Below are positions 13,915 through 26,796 of a DNA stretch of 64,000 bases, piece after piece (position 1 is the first letter of the stretch; each line of letters opens with the position of its first letter). The notes under the pieces are model-generated. The model was not told the DNA's origin and did not search any database. It saw nothing but the letters and a program-made list of their open reading frames with translations. Where the stretch lies: contig OZ059896.1 of assembly GCA_964057225.1 (NCBI GenBank), positions 7,440,001 to 7,504,000 of the forward strand, in the 5' to 3' direction. This DNA comes from Auanema rhodensis. Taxonomy: Eukaryota > Animalia > Nematoda. Made by a program: the position numbers and the translations under genes.

Positions 13915-14254
13915 CCACAACAGCTTGTTAGTATTTGGTTAGAGTATGAATCTAAAGGGTAAGCATGCTTAAACTAATGTCTTTAAATTCAGTATACAAT
14001 TTGGAAAATCAACCAATATAGAGAAATAAAAAAAGATTTATAAGGAAAAAATTATAATTTATAGTATAATACTATATTTTACTTAACAAACAAAACAAAG
14101 CATAAGATATCTTACATGTACAAGAAAATTATCTAGTTTAGATTATAAAACAAATCGCACCAAAAAAATCACATATTATTCCTCAAAAGCATCGTTATCA
14201 ACCCATGTAGAAATATCTTGAGACTTGAGAATGGAAGATTATAATATACATAAC

Positions 14255-17200
14255 TTAATCAGACCACTCATTTTTGTCATCTGAGTCTGAAATATTCTTA
14301 TTGTAACGCATATTTCAAATAAACTTTTACCGTCTTCATCACTAGAATCGTCAATTCCCAGATTAACTCTTCGTTCTTCTAAAGCCTTAGCTAAAGCGCC
14401 TGCTAAGCCACCCATGTCAGAAAGAGGAGCAGCTGATTTTCTTCTTTCTTCTTCGGCGCTCTGATCGACCTTAATTTAAAAAAGATAAGACCGAAGAGAA
14501 ATGATAAGCACTTACATGTTTCAATTGAGTTCCTTGACGAATCTGTGCCATCATATCACCACGAGCATTTGCTGGAGCCGGTTTTTCTTGCTCCACAACA
14601 GACTTCAACTTTTTACCCGCCTGGATTTCCTGTAAACAATCTGCTACTGTTATTATATCTGAATCAAAACTAACGGCTAGAAGATTTGATCTTCCTGATT
14701 GCGCACTTGGTAAATCTTTGAGTAAACTTGGAGGAGGTGGTGGTGGTGGAGGTATAGAGTCTTAAGAAATAATGTAGACAAGAATGTTTTCTTTAAATGC
14801 CTACTTGAGTTTAGAGACGAGGGAGGAGGAGGTGGAGGTGGAGGTGGAGGTGCTGCAACGGCTACAACAGCTACAGGCGGAGGAGGTGGAGGTGGTGGAA
14901 CGGCAACAGGACGAACGTTATCCACGGATGCACTTGTAGGAGTACTCGGGACCTTAAATTATGAAAGATTGATATGAATAGTTTTGAATTATCTCCTAAA
15001 AAATTAACATAATTTTGGAAAATTGATACAAATGGTTTTTCAATTGGTTATTGTTTCAATTTTTTACCAGCGGTAATGGTCGAGCAGTTCTGCTAGGAGA
15101 TTCCATATAACTTGGTGGGGGCGGTGGCGGTCTAGCTGGAGGCATCGATGATTGATGCGATGATATCCGTGAGGGAGGTGGTGGTGGAATTGGCTGACTA
15201 CCAAATTGAGAGATCGGAGCGGAATATGGCACAGCTGGAGGTGGTGCCTTGAGCGGAGCAGAAGGGGGCATTGATCCCATAGAGGTTCTAGATCTTATAT
15301 TAGCATGATTAACTCAATATTCTCTTACCCGACAGTATTCTCTTCAGAATTATACTTATCAATGAAGTCATAAACAAATTTAATAGTTTTTTTGCTCATG
15401 TTATTCGGATCTTTACCAGCAGCACGAATGATATCCCTATGAAACTATTGTATTTCTATCGAAAAGATTCTCTCACCTAATACTTTCATCCATGGGTTCC
15501 GAGTCATAGACATTGTTAGAAAATCCATTGTCTTGGTCCCAACCAACATGAGCTTTGTGCCTGAAACAAATTTTTGCTACTGTTAACAATTCCAGATTTC
15601 AATTGTTTGTCAATGTTCTATCAACTTGCATTCAGGAGGAAATAGGAAAAAATATTTAAGCAACATTTTCTGAAGATCGAAGACTTGTTTCTTTAGTTAT
15701 TAAGGCGGAGAAAGAGGATGGACAGAAATGCTCAGGAAAGCAAACAGAGTGCTCAACATTTATTTGATGAATAGAAATCATGGTCTCAACATAGAAAACT
15801 CGCACTTTACTTTATCTCAGGATCATGCCTTGTGACTTCAACTAGCAAGTTCTCTTACTAAACTGTTCAAAAAATGAACTAATTGAACTCTTGAATATTT
15901 CTAAGTAATTTTTGCACTAATAATGATAGAAGAAATGATAAACTGAATCTAGTCAAAATATTAAGCTTCAATTATCTAATATGAAAAAGAGCTAAATTAT
16001 AAAATATCCAAAGAAAGCTTTAAGTGAGAATAAAACAAATAAATACGCTTTGAACTAAAATTTCTTCCTGTTTACGATCTTTCCAGCATTTTTTCATGCC
16101 AAGATTTAAATTCTATGACTGTTATACAGACGACTCAATAAATATATATATACATATACGAAAGTCACTGACAACAATTTCTCAGAAGAAATGAATAAGA
16201 AAAATCCCTCAGTTTAATGGTGACACTCTCTTTAAGTTAGCTGCGCTGAATGAAGAATGATGCTTTTGGCAAACAAGGCAGTCCTTTCACAACAGAGCGC
16301 TGCTTGGCCAACGAGACGAGAAGTGTAAGAAAAGTATTACGAAAAAAAGAATTAAATTGGAAATGTGTGAAACGTGGTTATGATGTTGTATTTCAAATAA
16401 AGGCATAATTAAAAAACTCACTGAAAATTGGTTGGGTTACTGATATCTTCCTTTCTAATTTTATTCTTCGGCTTCTTCTTCGATTTATCTTTTCTGAACA
16501 AACTAGATCCAATCGATGAATTCGCTTTTTCAGTGTGAGCCATTGTGCCAATTGGTGTAACACCACCGCCTAAGGGCACAGGTGGAGCTCTTGATGTAGC
16601 TGGAGGGAAAGGAGAGCTCAAAGCAGCAGGTGGTAATGGTGCACTTCCTTTAGTAGCTGAAAAAAATAGATTACCTAATCCAGAACTCCAGTATTAAAGT
16701 TTTTTTCATCATCAACAAATTTTGATATTTTCTTGATGTTTCGGATGAAATTTTCGCTAAGAACCGGACAAGCTTTCTAATGAGCGCCTTTTGTTTGAGC
16801 TTATGTCGCTGCATGATAACAATATACGCTCTTTTAAAATCTGGACCTCTTCAAAATATTTCTTTCATTCACCTTACCTTCTTCATTTTAAAATAACATA
16901 ACAAGAAAACATTTAAATCTTCTTCATTTTTACACAATATCCTCAAGAAAAACAAAATCTCGACACTCAAAATTGTTGATACAGATTAGGAAGCTACAGA
17001 TTTGACTACAGAATAAATCCGATAGAGCTGTAAACCAATTCACAATACAAGCTAGAGCACTTGAGCCATGTCGACCACTCGGGCCACAAGAGCGTGATGG
17101 CCCGAAAGCTTCGTGCTATATGCTGTATACCCGACCCCTAGAACCTTATAAAGAAGGAAGCAAATACTAACCTGTTTTGCGAAACAATCTACTCTTAAAG

Positions 17201-19477
17201 AGCCGAGAAGATGAAGATGATTTCTTCGGTTGCGAGCTCTCATATATATTGTGATTATTTTCATATTTGGATTCTTTGATTGGTGAAAAATCTCGGTTAG
17301 ATACAGTAGAATATGATGTTGGATCGGGATCCAAACTGAACGGCTCCAAACTGGATATATGTCTATCTTCTTCCACAGGCTGTCGAGGTTCGCGTTCGCC
17401 TCCGACCAAGGAGCTGACAAAATGTCCCTCAGACACGGGCGAATCAGGTAGCTGAAACCGAACCCGATTCCTTAAAGGTGGTGAATAGTCGGGAGAAGGA
17501 TAGCGGGGCTCTTTACGGGAATAGTAGTAAAAACTCTCAGAAGCCGGTGGAGGAGGAATAGGAGGTGGAGGAGGGCTTAAAGCTTCTCGTGAATAAGATG
17601 GCCTTCTAAGATATCTCATATCACGAAAAACTGAACTCTCTTGATATTCCGACGAAGATGTAGAAGGTGATGAATAAATATAACTTCCAGAAGTAGGTGC
17701 TGAATATATTTGATGGTACATTGGAACAGGGCTATCCGGTGATACGTTATCATATTGTTCTACCTCGTAAGGCTGATCAGAATATCCAGGTTGCGGAGAG
17801 CAAGAATACATGGAATCTGGGAAATTCCGACAGCCACGTGAATACCGGCAATAGTCATCCGGGTTGAATGTTGGAGAATTATGATATTGATAGCGTACAC
17901 GGCCGGCAGAGTCTTCTCGTACAACCATCCACATCTTTACAAATAAGAAAGCTAAGGATTGTGGAACTAAGTGACACAGTTAATTGAGGTACTTCAACTA
18001 ACTGGAATAAGGAAGGATGATTAACCTCTACTTTTTTTCAAGTTCAGTTAGAGAACACAGCTACAGGAAAACCGGATGATGATTATGCAACGACTAATTG
18101 CATAGGGTAAAGCAATGCTCTAGCAGAACAAGGGGCGTTCTTGCTCCGCCCATTTCGGAAACACACATCTCAACTCAACCGGACAAAGAGAAGATAGACG
18201 TTCTGCCGATAATATTAAAAGAGAACAGTTTCGATTTTCCTCTTAAAATGTACCCTTTAGTAGTGCTTTAGCTATTCAATATAATCAGTAACAAGTTTTT
18301 ACCAGATATGAAAACTTGGTAAGTAATATTGCACTAATATTAATCAACAAACACTTCAAATAGCATAAAAGGCAATCAATGATATCATTATCAAATATTA
18401 AAACTGAACTTGTGCAAGTGTCATACGTATATTGAGCGTTCGGACATTTTTGCAAATTTTAAACATTATAACTTTTGTTTTATACGTTATATACTTGAAA
18501 TAAACGAAAATTAAACTAACTGGTAACTTTAGTCTCCTGTTCTCTTCTCTTATCTAGATGACCCTTAAAATCCCTAGCCTCCTCTATATTTGAAAAATTA
18601 AAGCCGTATATCTAAAGAAAACAGAATAGTAAGTATAAAGAATTCGAAAATACCTTAGAATCCGATTCTCCCTCAAAATATAATAACTCTGGACAATTGT
18701 CTCCAACCTCAACTTGAAACCCTTTGTAACTGAAAATGTCTTATACACAAAATCTTTATGAAACAAGAAAAAGAATATAAAATGATGATCGACGAAAAAA
18801 ACTGGTATTCTAATCGGGCATTATGCTAATCTTCCCTTTACGGGTCAATCAACAACAATTCGACAGCAGTTCGGAAATGTTAAAACTCACAGCTTAAAAG
18901 CCCATATTTCCTTACTGTTGATTAAATCATATAACCTTAAATAATACGCACGGTGTATATAGTCCTAAAAAATTGATAATAATGATAATAAAAACTGAGA
19001 AACTCACTTTCACTAGACACAAGACACCTCTATATTGTTTTCTCCATCGTCTATCATCAGATATAAGGAGCTCAACAACAGCAGCCGATAAAGATACATT
19101 ATCATTTCCAAGAAGAGAAAATAAATAATAATTTTCCTGATTATCTAACAGTTTAGATCCCGTATTAGGTGGTCTACGTTTCTCTGAAAGCGATTATATG
19201 GTAAATGTAAGATGATGAAGTGTTAGAACTTGTAAAAAAAGATTTGTCAAAGAAAATCAAGATTAAAAGCTAGTAGCTTCTTAAGTCAGAAAGCTTCTCA
19301 ATTCATGAAACATGACACATACTTATATCAGCTATACATCATATAATTTAGTAAAAAAACTTGAATAAAAGAAAAAATATGTATATAGCACAAAATAATA
19401 AATGATTGATGTAGTAACTTACTTGGCTTATCACCCATCATTGACATATTAGGTGGCGGAGGATAACAAGTAGACAT
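14255..19477 (-). CDS. wsp-1: WASP/N-WASP actin nucleation-promoting factor (WH1, basic, CRIB, polyproline, two WH2, C, A)
   Basis: WH1 exons at 19185-18521 (SLSAAVVELL..WRKQYRGVLCLVKD..YGFNFSNIEEARDF). Basic/CRIB region KKKPKNKIRKEDISNPTNFQ|HKAHVGWD, polyproline exons, WH2 repeats (..EIQAGKKLKSV; RGDMMAQIRQGTQLKHV) and acidic end DDKNEWSD*. TTTCAG trans-splice-type acceptor at 19512. Confidence 0.95.
17172..17934 (-). CDS. wsp-1: Alternative first coding exon of wsp-1 (~254 codons, Tyr/Ser/Pro-rich), giving a WH1-less isoform
   Basis: Long ORF inside the wsp-1 intron, with ATG directly after an AG. It ends in a phase-1 donor (ACAG|gttagt at 17171) compatible with the phase-1 acceptor of the basic/CRIB exon near 16656. 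Confidence 0.8.
18144..18155. promoter_or_regulatory. GC-box-like CTCCGCCCATTT upstream of the internal wsp-1 first exon
   Basis: An identical 12-mer lies at 19659-19670, upstream of the canonical first exon. Confidence 0.5.
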
Positions 19478-19658
19478 ACGACAGGCCTATTGGCAAAAAC
19501 AACGCCACCGCACTGAAATAAATTTGATACAGCTTGAAGAATACTTCATATCTTATCAGAAAGCTCGAATACAATTTCAAAAGAAAAAGAAAGTAATGAA
19601 TCACCAAAACCACCGGAAACAACACAAATATACGTGCTTGGTCACAGTACCGACAGCT

Positions 19659-19670
19659 CTCCGCCCATTT
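19659..19670. promoter_or_regulatory. GC-box-like CTCCGCCCATTT upstream of the wsp-1 canonical first exon
   Basis: Sp1/KLF-type CCGCCC core ~150 bp upstream of the trans-splice acceptor; duplicated at 18144. Confidence 0.5.
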
Positions 19671-19804
19671 GACATAGCAAACACAACATAGCAAGCGCTA
19701 AACAGCGTGCATAATACTACAGTCTTCTGTTATAATTATTGAAAACATATAGTCTTTCAGAAGCATTTATAAGATATCCAAGTGCGATTTGATACAATAT
19801 ATAA

Positions 19805-21553
19805 TCAACACGCTTGGTATTCATTTGGGCTTTCTCTTTCTTTAGTGAAGTTGGCAGATTCCAGTACTTTTGAACTATCTTTCTAAGATAGCATAACGTT
19901 ATAAATAAAGAATCCATTCATACAGTATATGTATATATAATTTCTGGTTCTTTAAATTTAAGAGCATTTGTATAAGTTTGATTGTGTGCCGAGTTTACAC
20001 ATGGTCGCAAAGAATAATCTGTATTTAAAATTAAGCAATATTTAAAAAATATATGGTACCTGTCAATGATATCATGTTTCTTACTGTATTACTAAAAATA
20101 ATTTCTTTGGCGAAAAATATTTCATCCCTTTCTTTTAATATGTCCAAACTTTCAAAAGCGTTCAATTCAATTCGAAAAAAAATTAATTTATCTCCAGTTA
20201 TTTGGGTGAATGACTTACGGAATGTTGGGCATTGGTACTAATTGCTGTGTACCAGCGCTGACATGTAAAATAACTTCTGCATTCATTGGCAAGTCATCTT
20301 CTGTGTCAGCTTGTGACTAAGGAAATATTTTTACAAGCATCCAGAAAATACAAACCACATCTTGATCATTAGGTTTTCGTTTCACCATCCAAAACGGATT
20401 TTCATATTTCAAAGTATTATTTTCTTCGTTTTTACTGTTATTATTATTTTTCTTATCAAGTACCGAAAATGAGACGAATAAAGAAATTTCAAACTGCAAA
20501 AAAAATCAAAATACAGGGAATAACTAACCATATTTCCGTACTTTAAGCTTCCCGAAGTAATTGTAGTGAGAATCTTAAGTATCTTGATTCTTTAAGGTTA
20601 AGAAAGATAAAATGTACTTCGTCAGGTTCTTCAGTTCTAAGAAATGTGGGAAATACGTTTTTGTTCATGTTCCTTACAGGATCCTTGTAAATGATATTGA
20701 CATAAGAATATGAGCGATAAATACCTCCGAAACATTTTTTTTTCTTTTTTCCACTTTCCCTACCAACTTTTTCAGTTTGGCTTCTTTGATAGGTCTACTT
20801 GCAAAAACTCGCACCTTTTTAAAAGCTTTTTCGCTTTTCTCAATAATTGAAGCTAAAGCATTAACATTAGCCGTTGCTCAAAAGAATAAAAAGGCTTACT
20901 GAACACATTTTTTGAGGTTTGAGATGAGTACACATTCTCAATGTTGTTCATGTCAAAGTAATCGGCAGAATAATCTCTCAATCTGCTTTGTTTTAAAGTT
21001 TGTCCGTCGAAAACATACAGATCTTACACTAATGGTTCATCAAAGCGATTGGTTTCTATATAGTCATCGCCAGGCATCATTTGGAGAACAATCAACTGGT
21101 CATCGCTATTAATATGATAGTTTTTTTGCTTTTCTTTCTCACTCTACAAGAACTGTTTTTGAAAAATCTTGGAAGAGCTCAAAATGCACACAAATAATAA
21201 TTAATTGTTTGTTTAGCTTCTTCAACAGACACTCTCTCATCAGCTACGAAAAAGCTAATTTGTTGAAACTTGGAAAACTTGCTGACCTCTCGGGTGTTCG
21301 ATCTATCCTCTAGTTCTTGAATATTATCTTTGGAACATGCAGTCGCTGCCTGAAAACATATGGTAGCAAAACAAATGTACATACTAAAACTCTGTATTAC
21401 TGAGTCATTACAAACTGGTAATACATTATCCTGAATTTCTAGTTTAGATGGAAGTTTACGTTTTTCTTTTTTTTTTAATTTTTTGAGAAGAGCTGAAATT
21501 GTTTCCGTTTGAAAAAATAGCTACATGACGAACATACTGCCAATTGATTTCAT
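19805..21553 (-). CDS. Uncharacterised multi-exon, Lys/Asn-rich protein (no recognisable domain)
   Basis: ATG at 21553. Exons separated by ~45-50 bp introns give MKSIGTLLKKLKKKEKRKLPSKLEIQDNVLPVCNDS|AATACSKDNIQELEDRS..VLRDYSADYFDMNNIENVYS..ESPNEYQAC* (TGA at 19805). Some internal junctions are uncertain. Confidence 0.65.
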
Positions 21554-21886
21554 TTTCGCTCACAACCGGTTTCACACTTTGCTTTACATAAAATGATAAC
21601 CTAAAGCGCTGCGTTTATCTCTATGAATTACATACATTACGCTCAACTTCAATGATTCTTTTATTTATAATATATTAAAGTGTTATACAATTTTAAAACA
21701 ACGGTTTAAACGTTTCGCACAAAATGCACCCCTTCTGTTTACAGAGGTTGTCATCGTTGGACATTTTCATTAGTCAACATTGGATTTCTCGTTTTTAACT
21801 ATTTTAACTTAATCTTTTCTAAAATATTCATTTAACAATGATTTTAAACATAATATTTTAGATTTTGTATATAATTCCTTGTAAAT
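21554..21886. promoter_or_regulatory. Putative bidirectional promoter between the orphan gene and hgrs-1
   Basis: Only 333 bp separate the divergent start codons; contains CG-containing motifs (TTTCGCTC, GCGCTGCG, TTTCGCAC). Confidence 0.55.
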
Positions 21887-24588
21887 ATGTCTAAAAAGTT
21901 TGAAAAGCTGCTGGGTATGCTAGAATTTTAGTTACTAGTTACTTGGATAAAATTTCAGATGCAGCTACTGACAGCACCTTACTTGAACCGAATTGGGATA
22001 GTATCATCTCTTGTTATGATGCTGTTAGATCGGGTGAAACACAGTACTTTTAATTTTACAATTCCATCGTGAAATTACTTTTTTTCAGAGGCAAACATGC
22101 TATGATTCATATTCGTAAGAAAATGCAACACGAAAATCCCTATGTTGTTATGTATACCTTGCTGGTGTTGGATGCGTGCGTTAAAAATACTGGACCTAAG
22201 GTATATAACTAAGTTTTGTCTTTCAACACAATGAAGTTTAGATTATCAAGGAAGTTGCAACCCGTGAATTTATGGAGGAGTTCAAAAACCTTGGCATTGA
22301 AAGCAAATATGATGAGGTGATAGTGTACTTTCTTTTTAAATTGTTATCATGTTTGTTTAGGTTAAAAACAAAGTATTAGAGATGCTTCAATGCTGGGCTA
22401 TGGCTCTTGCTAACAAGCCTGAGTGTAAAATTATTGTTGATACTCATAATTTAATGAAATTAGCTGGCTTTGATTTTCCATCTATAAAAGAAGCTGACGC
22501 TATGTTCATGACTGAAGTAGCTCCTGATTGGCACGAGGGTGCGGAGTGTTTCAGGTTTTTGTTTTTAAAATGTATGCCATTAAAATTCTTCTATAGGTGT
22601 CGTGTAGAGTTTGCTGTTTTAACTCGTAAGCATCACTGTCGCGCTTGTGGGCAAATTTTCTGTGGGAACTGCAGCAGTAAAGTTATGGCATTACCCCAAT
22701 TTGGAATCGAAAAGGAGGTATTGTTTTATTTATACTTTCATCAATAATTTTTCTTAATCAGGTGCGAGTTTGTGATGCTTGTTTCGAGAAAGGAGGACGT
22801 AAAGTAAGTGATAGATCTTCTTCAACTGTCACTGTTGCCTCTTCAAATGTACGTTTTATTTCGAAAGCTTTTTTAATGTTTAATTATTGTTTTAATTCAG
22901 AAAGCTGTGCTTTCGGAGGTAACCGAGGCAGAAAAAGAAAAATTACGTAGAGAGAAAGAGGAACAAGATCTAGCATTAGCAATTGCCTTGAGCAAAAAAG
23001 AAGCTGAAAGTAAGGAAAACGAAAGACAGAATAAAGGTCTGTATTCCATGTACGGCTTAGAAAATCAAGTGTCAAGTAGTGCTCCACCAGCCACAGTAAG
23101 CTTATTATGCTTATTTGCTATTTAATTATTTGTTTATTCGAAGGATAGTTCTTCCGTTGCGTCTTACCAACTTTCCGAAATAGGTTATAAGGGTGCAGCT
23201 TCAATTGTTCCAGAGTCTCCTGCTGATAGTATTGCAGGTGATGACCCTTTAGCAAAGTATGTTTGTTTATATTTTGTTTTACTTTTATGTTTTTACTTTT
23301 AAAGATATCTTAACCGCGAGTATTGGCAACAGAAAAAGGCGGGTTCCTTAGCTAAGGTAGAAGATTGGGCTGGTAACTCTGCTTCTGCTCCTGTACCTTC
23401 TGAGCAATCTTATCCTTCTGGACCGGGAACGATTATTGATGAACCTACTTCTATGAATGGAGTTGTAAATCAAATGTCTAATTTGGAAATAGACGATCAG
23501 ACTGATTCTACGTTACGTTGGTGCCAAGATTTGAAGGAAAATGTAGCTTTAATTTTTGATGTTTTTTTAAAAATTTTATACATTGTAGGTTAGTGTGATG
23601 GAAAACCGAATCCGTTCAAATACAGCACGCGGACGTCCGGTTGTAAACGACACTGCTATCCAAGGATTGTTTTTGAAGCTAACTGAACTTCATGCGCAAG
23701 TGCTTAGTAGAATGTCCAAATTGGATGAGGATCGAGGTTCTTTTCCCTTACGTGAACTGTTAGTTTTATTAAAATATTTTCAGCGTATTATGAGCGTTTA
23801 CAAGACCATCTTGCACATATAGTTGATGCTCGCTCCGCTGTGAATGAACTGCGTGATGAGAATGAGAGAAAGCGTCAAGAGCGCGTTGCTGAAGAACAAC
23901 GATATCGACAAGCTCAGATGAAACAAACTTTAGACATGATGCGTATGAAGAAACATGTGAGCTTATTATTGTATTTAAAATGTGGTAATCTGAGTTTTGT
24001 AGGCAATGCTTCTTGAGCAAAGAGACTTGGCTCTCCAAAGATTCCAGCAACAAGAACAAGAAATGCACGCTAGGCGACAACCTCAGATGGGATATTATGC
24101 TCACGGATATCCCCAACAAGGATATCAAGCTCAACCACAAGCTCAAGCTCAACCTCAACCTCAAGGTGATCTGATAATGAATTTTATTTGTATTATATTC
24201 GTTTTTTTTTAAGGTTATGCTAATTTTTATGGACAATACCCACAACAACATTCCCAGTATTCCCATGCTCCTCAAACAGCTCCTGCAGCTGGGCATTTTG
24301 AACAGTATTCTCAGAATACTTACTATCAATCTGAGGCTAATGGACAAATTCCTCAGAATCGTAATGACTTGTTTTAAAAAGTGTTACTAAAGTCTTATTT
24401 TAGATATGGTAATGCAAGGACAACCAAATTCAAATTCTACCATGCAAATGCAGAATCATGCAAATGCTACTAACTACTCTTCTCAACAGATGCAACATCC
24501 TTACTATATTGCTCAAAATGGACAATATGTAGCAGTTAGTTAACTTGTTATGACTTCATTATTTTCGTTTTTACCCAACAGCAACCTC

Positions 24589-24622
<34 letters not shown>

Positions 24623-24901
24623 GCAACAACAGCAGCAGCAGCAACATACAACACAAGCAAATTCTGTGAAACAAGAATGCATACCCCAGACTACACAATC
24701 GAATTATACCACATCAGCTATAGCTGCTTCTTATCCAGGTAAAAATTTGGTCTATTCTATTCTCTACTGATTCTCTCGGAATGTGAATAGCATTCCTTTT
24801 TTCCTTTTCCTTTTAAGCTGAAATTTATCTTGATTACAGCACCTGTCGCTGAAGTCCAACAACAACCGGTTGCAGAGGCTCCATTAATTTCTTTCGATTG
24901 A
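21887..24901 (+). CDS. hgrs-1: Hrs/Vps27 ESCRT-0 subunit (VHS, FYVE, UIM, coiled coil, Gln-rich region, clathrin box)
   Basis: VHS MSKKFEKLLDAATDSTLLEPNWD; FYVE WHEGAECFRCRVEF..RKHHCRACGQIFC..RVCDACF; UIM EEQDLALAIALSKKEAE; LAKYLNREYW; C-terminal EAPLISFD*. Confidence 0.96.
24588..24644 (+). repeat. (CAA/CAG)19 coding repeat, poly-Gln in hgrs-1
   Basis: 57 nt of CAA/CAG codons shortly after the acceptor at 24581. Confidence 0.85.
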
Positions 24902-25136
24902 TATTTATTTTTTGTGTCAATATTTTTTCTGTACTTATGACATTTTTGTGATGATTTTGGTGTAGGATTTTTTTTTCAATTCTTAACATGTATAATTCGC
25001 AAAGAGTTCTCGGCTATACTTGTGATATGTATTTAGTACAAGTAAATCTGTAAAAAATAAGTTGTTATTTTCTGAGAATGTTATACGCCCAATATTTTTA
25101 ATCAGTTAGTCAATTAAATTCTGAATTATATATAGA

Positions 25137-25737
25137 ATGGGAGGATCTAGTTCAGTTCCGCTGTCCAAAGCTTCTCAATTAATCAAGAATGAGGTGATAG
25201 CTTAAGTGAAACATTGGTTTAAAGGACTTTAAGGTGCAACAACATGCAGTAGTAATGTATTCAAAAAATCATTGTCCTTACTGTGTACGAGCGAAAGATG
25301 AGCTTAACGATATGGGGATAGGATTTCTTGAAAAAGTCGGTCGAACAATACAAGCTTTGAACTGTACAACTTATTGCAGAACTTGAATGATAAAGCTAAG
25401 GAAGATCCTGCAAATGTTGAGTCATATATAAAAGGCTTGATGGATCTGACTCATCAGAAAACTGTACCACAAATATTTATTTGTGGCAAGTAAGTGATAT
25501 TATATCATGAGTTGAACTATAACCAGAAAAATATCATGTTTTTAGAATAAATAAAATTTAGTATGTAATTAGTTCCAGAAAATAATATTTTTTTTATTTA
25601 TTTATTTATTTTACAGGTTTATTGGAGGATACACAGAAATGCATGCTTTGAAAGATAGCTTACACAAGTTAGTTAGTGAATGTTCCAGTGAAGGAACACA
25701 ATGTGAAAAAGGAACTACTGTTCGACCAAAATTATAG
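25137..25737 (+). CDS. glrx-22: Dithiol glutaredoxin (CPYC)
   Basis: Four exons give MGGSSSVPLSKASQLIKNE|VQQHAVVMYSKNHCPYCVRAK..QKTVPQIFICGK|FIGGYTE..TVRPKL*. The symbol is inferred from sequence type and from my recollection that glrx-22 lies near hgrs-1/wsp-1 in C. elegans. Confidence 0.85.
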
Positions 25738-25855
25738 ATAAGTATATAAATGTTTAGATATAGATTTATAATAGATATAGATGTTTTCTTACTATAATAA
25801 AAATAATTTATTTTATAAATTAGAATGATTTATTTTATTAAATATAGTTCATTGG

Positions 25856-26796
25856 TCATTGGTTTTCGATGGTAGTTTCGTCTGTTTCTATAATTGCCCC
25901 AATAGAATCCGTAAATGGTGTGCATTCCTGCAAAGTATGATAATTCTTAATATATAAAACTAAAAACTGTTTGTTTTCCAAACCTTAACTAGAAGGCAGA
26001 TGGTTAAAGGTTTAAATGAAGGTGTATTCATTTCCTGATATAATAATTGAGCATTTTCTTTAATCATTGCTAAGCAACGCCTGCGATACTAAAAAAAGAA
26101 AATAAGTTTTGGATAAATCAAAAGTGCATAAAAAATCAATTTTGTTTCCAAAGTTAGAAAGAGAATTGACAGCTACTCATAATATATTTTTTGTTGTAAT
26201 GCTGGTTATAAATGACACAATCATGATAAGCATGTTCTGAGAAATTAAAAGAGAGATTGTTGTTAGAAATGTAAACAGGTAGTATCATCATCAGTTACGC
26301 ATATATTACTAGCAACTTAATTCTCTATAAGAATACGAATAATATCAACAATTGTTGAAAGATTGTTGATGACTTTGCATGTTTGATATCAAAAGTTCAG
26401 CAGAAGTCCATGTGAATAAGGCTTATTTGAACATTTGCACTTCGGAATGTTATCATTACTACTATGTTACGAAAAGTTTCTTGAAAAAATCTCATATTAT
26501 TATATATATATGCTAATCAATAAATATACTTCCTTAATAAGGTTGAAACTAACATTAAATTGACGATTACATTCGTGCTTAAGTTGATTAGCTAATTTTC
26601 GCCGACTGGATACATTTGTCGAGAAATGGCCGTTAACTGTTCTTATAACAAGCTGACATAGATCGCATGTTTCTTGCGTTGTAAGACTGTTAACAGCAAT
26701 AGCAAATGTCTGTAGACATAGATAAAACATTGAAATTGTTTTAGAAAATGCGAAACATACCAGAATGAAAAGAAAGAGCTGATGGTATAATCCCAT
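25856..26796 (-). CDS. Secreted saposin-B-domain (SPP/caenopore-like) protein
   Basis: Hydrophobic signal peptide MGLYHQLFLFIL|TFAIAVNS, then a six-Cys saposin pattern TCDLCQL..HECNRQFN|YRRRCLAM..TICLLVK|ECTPF..ENQ*. Confidence 0.85.
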
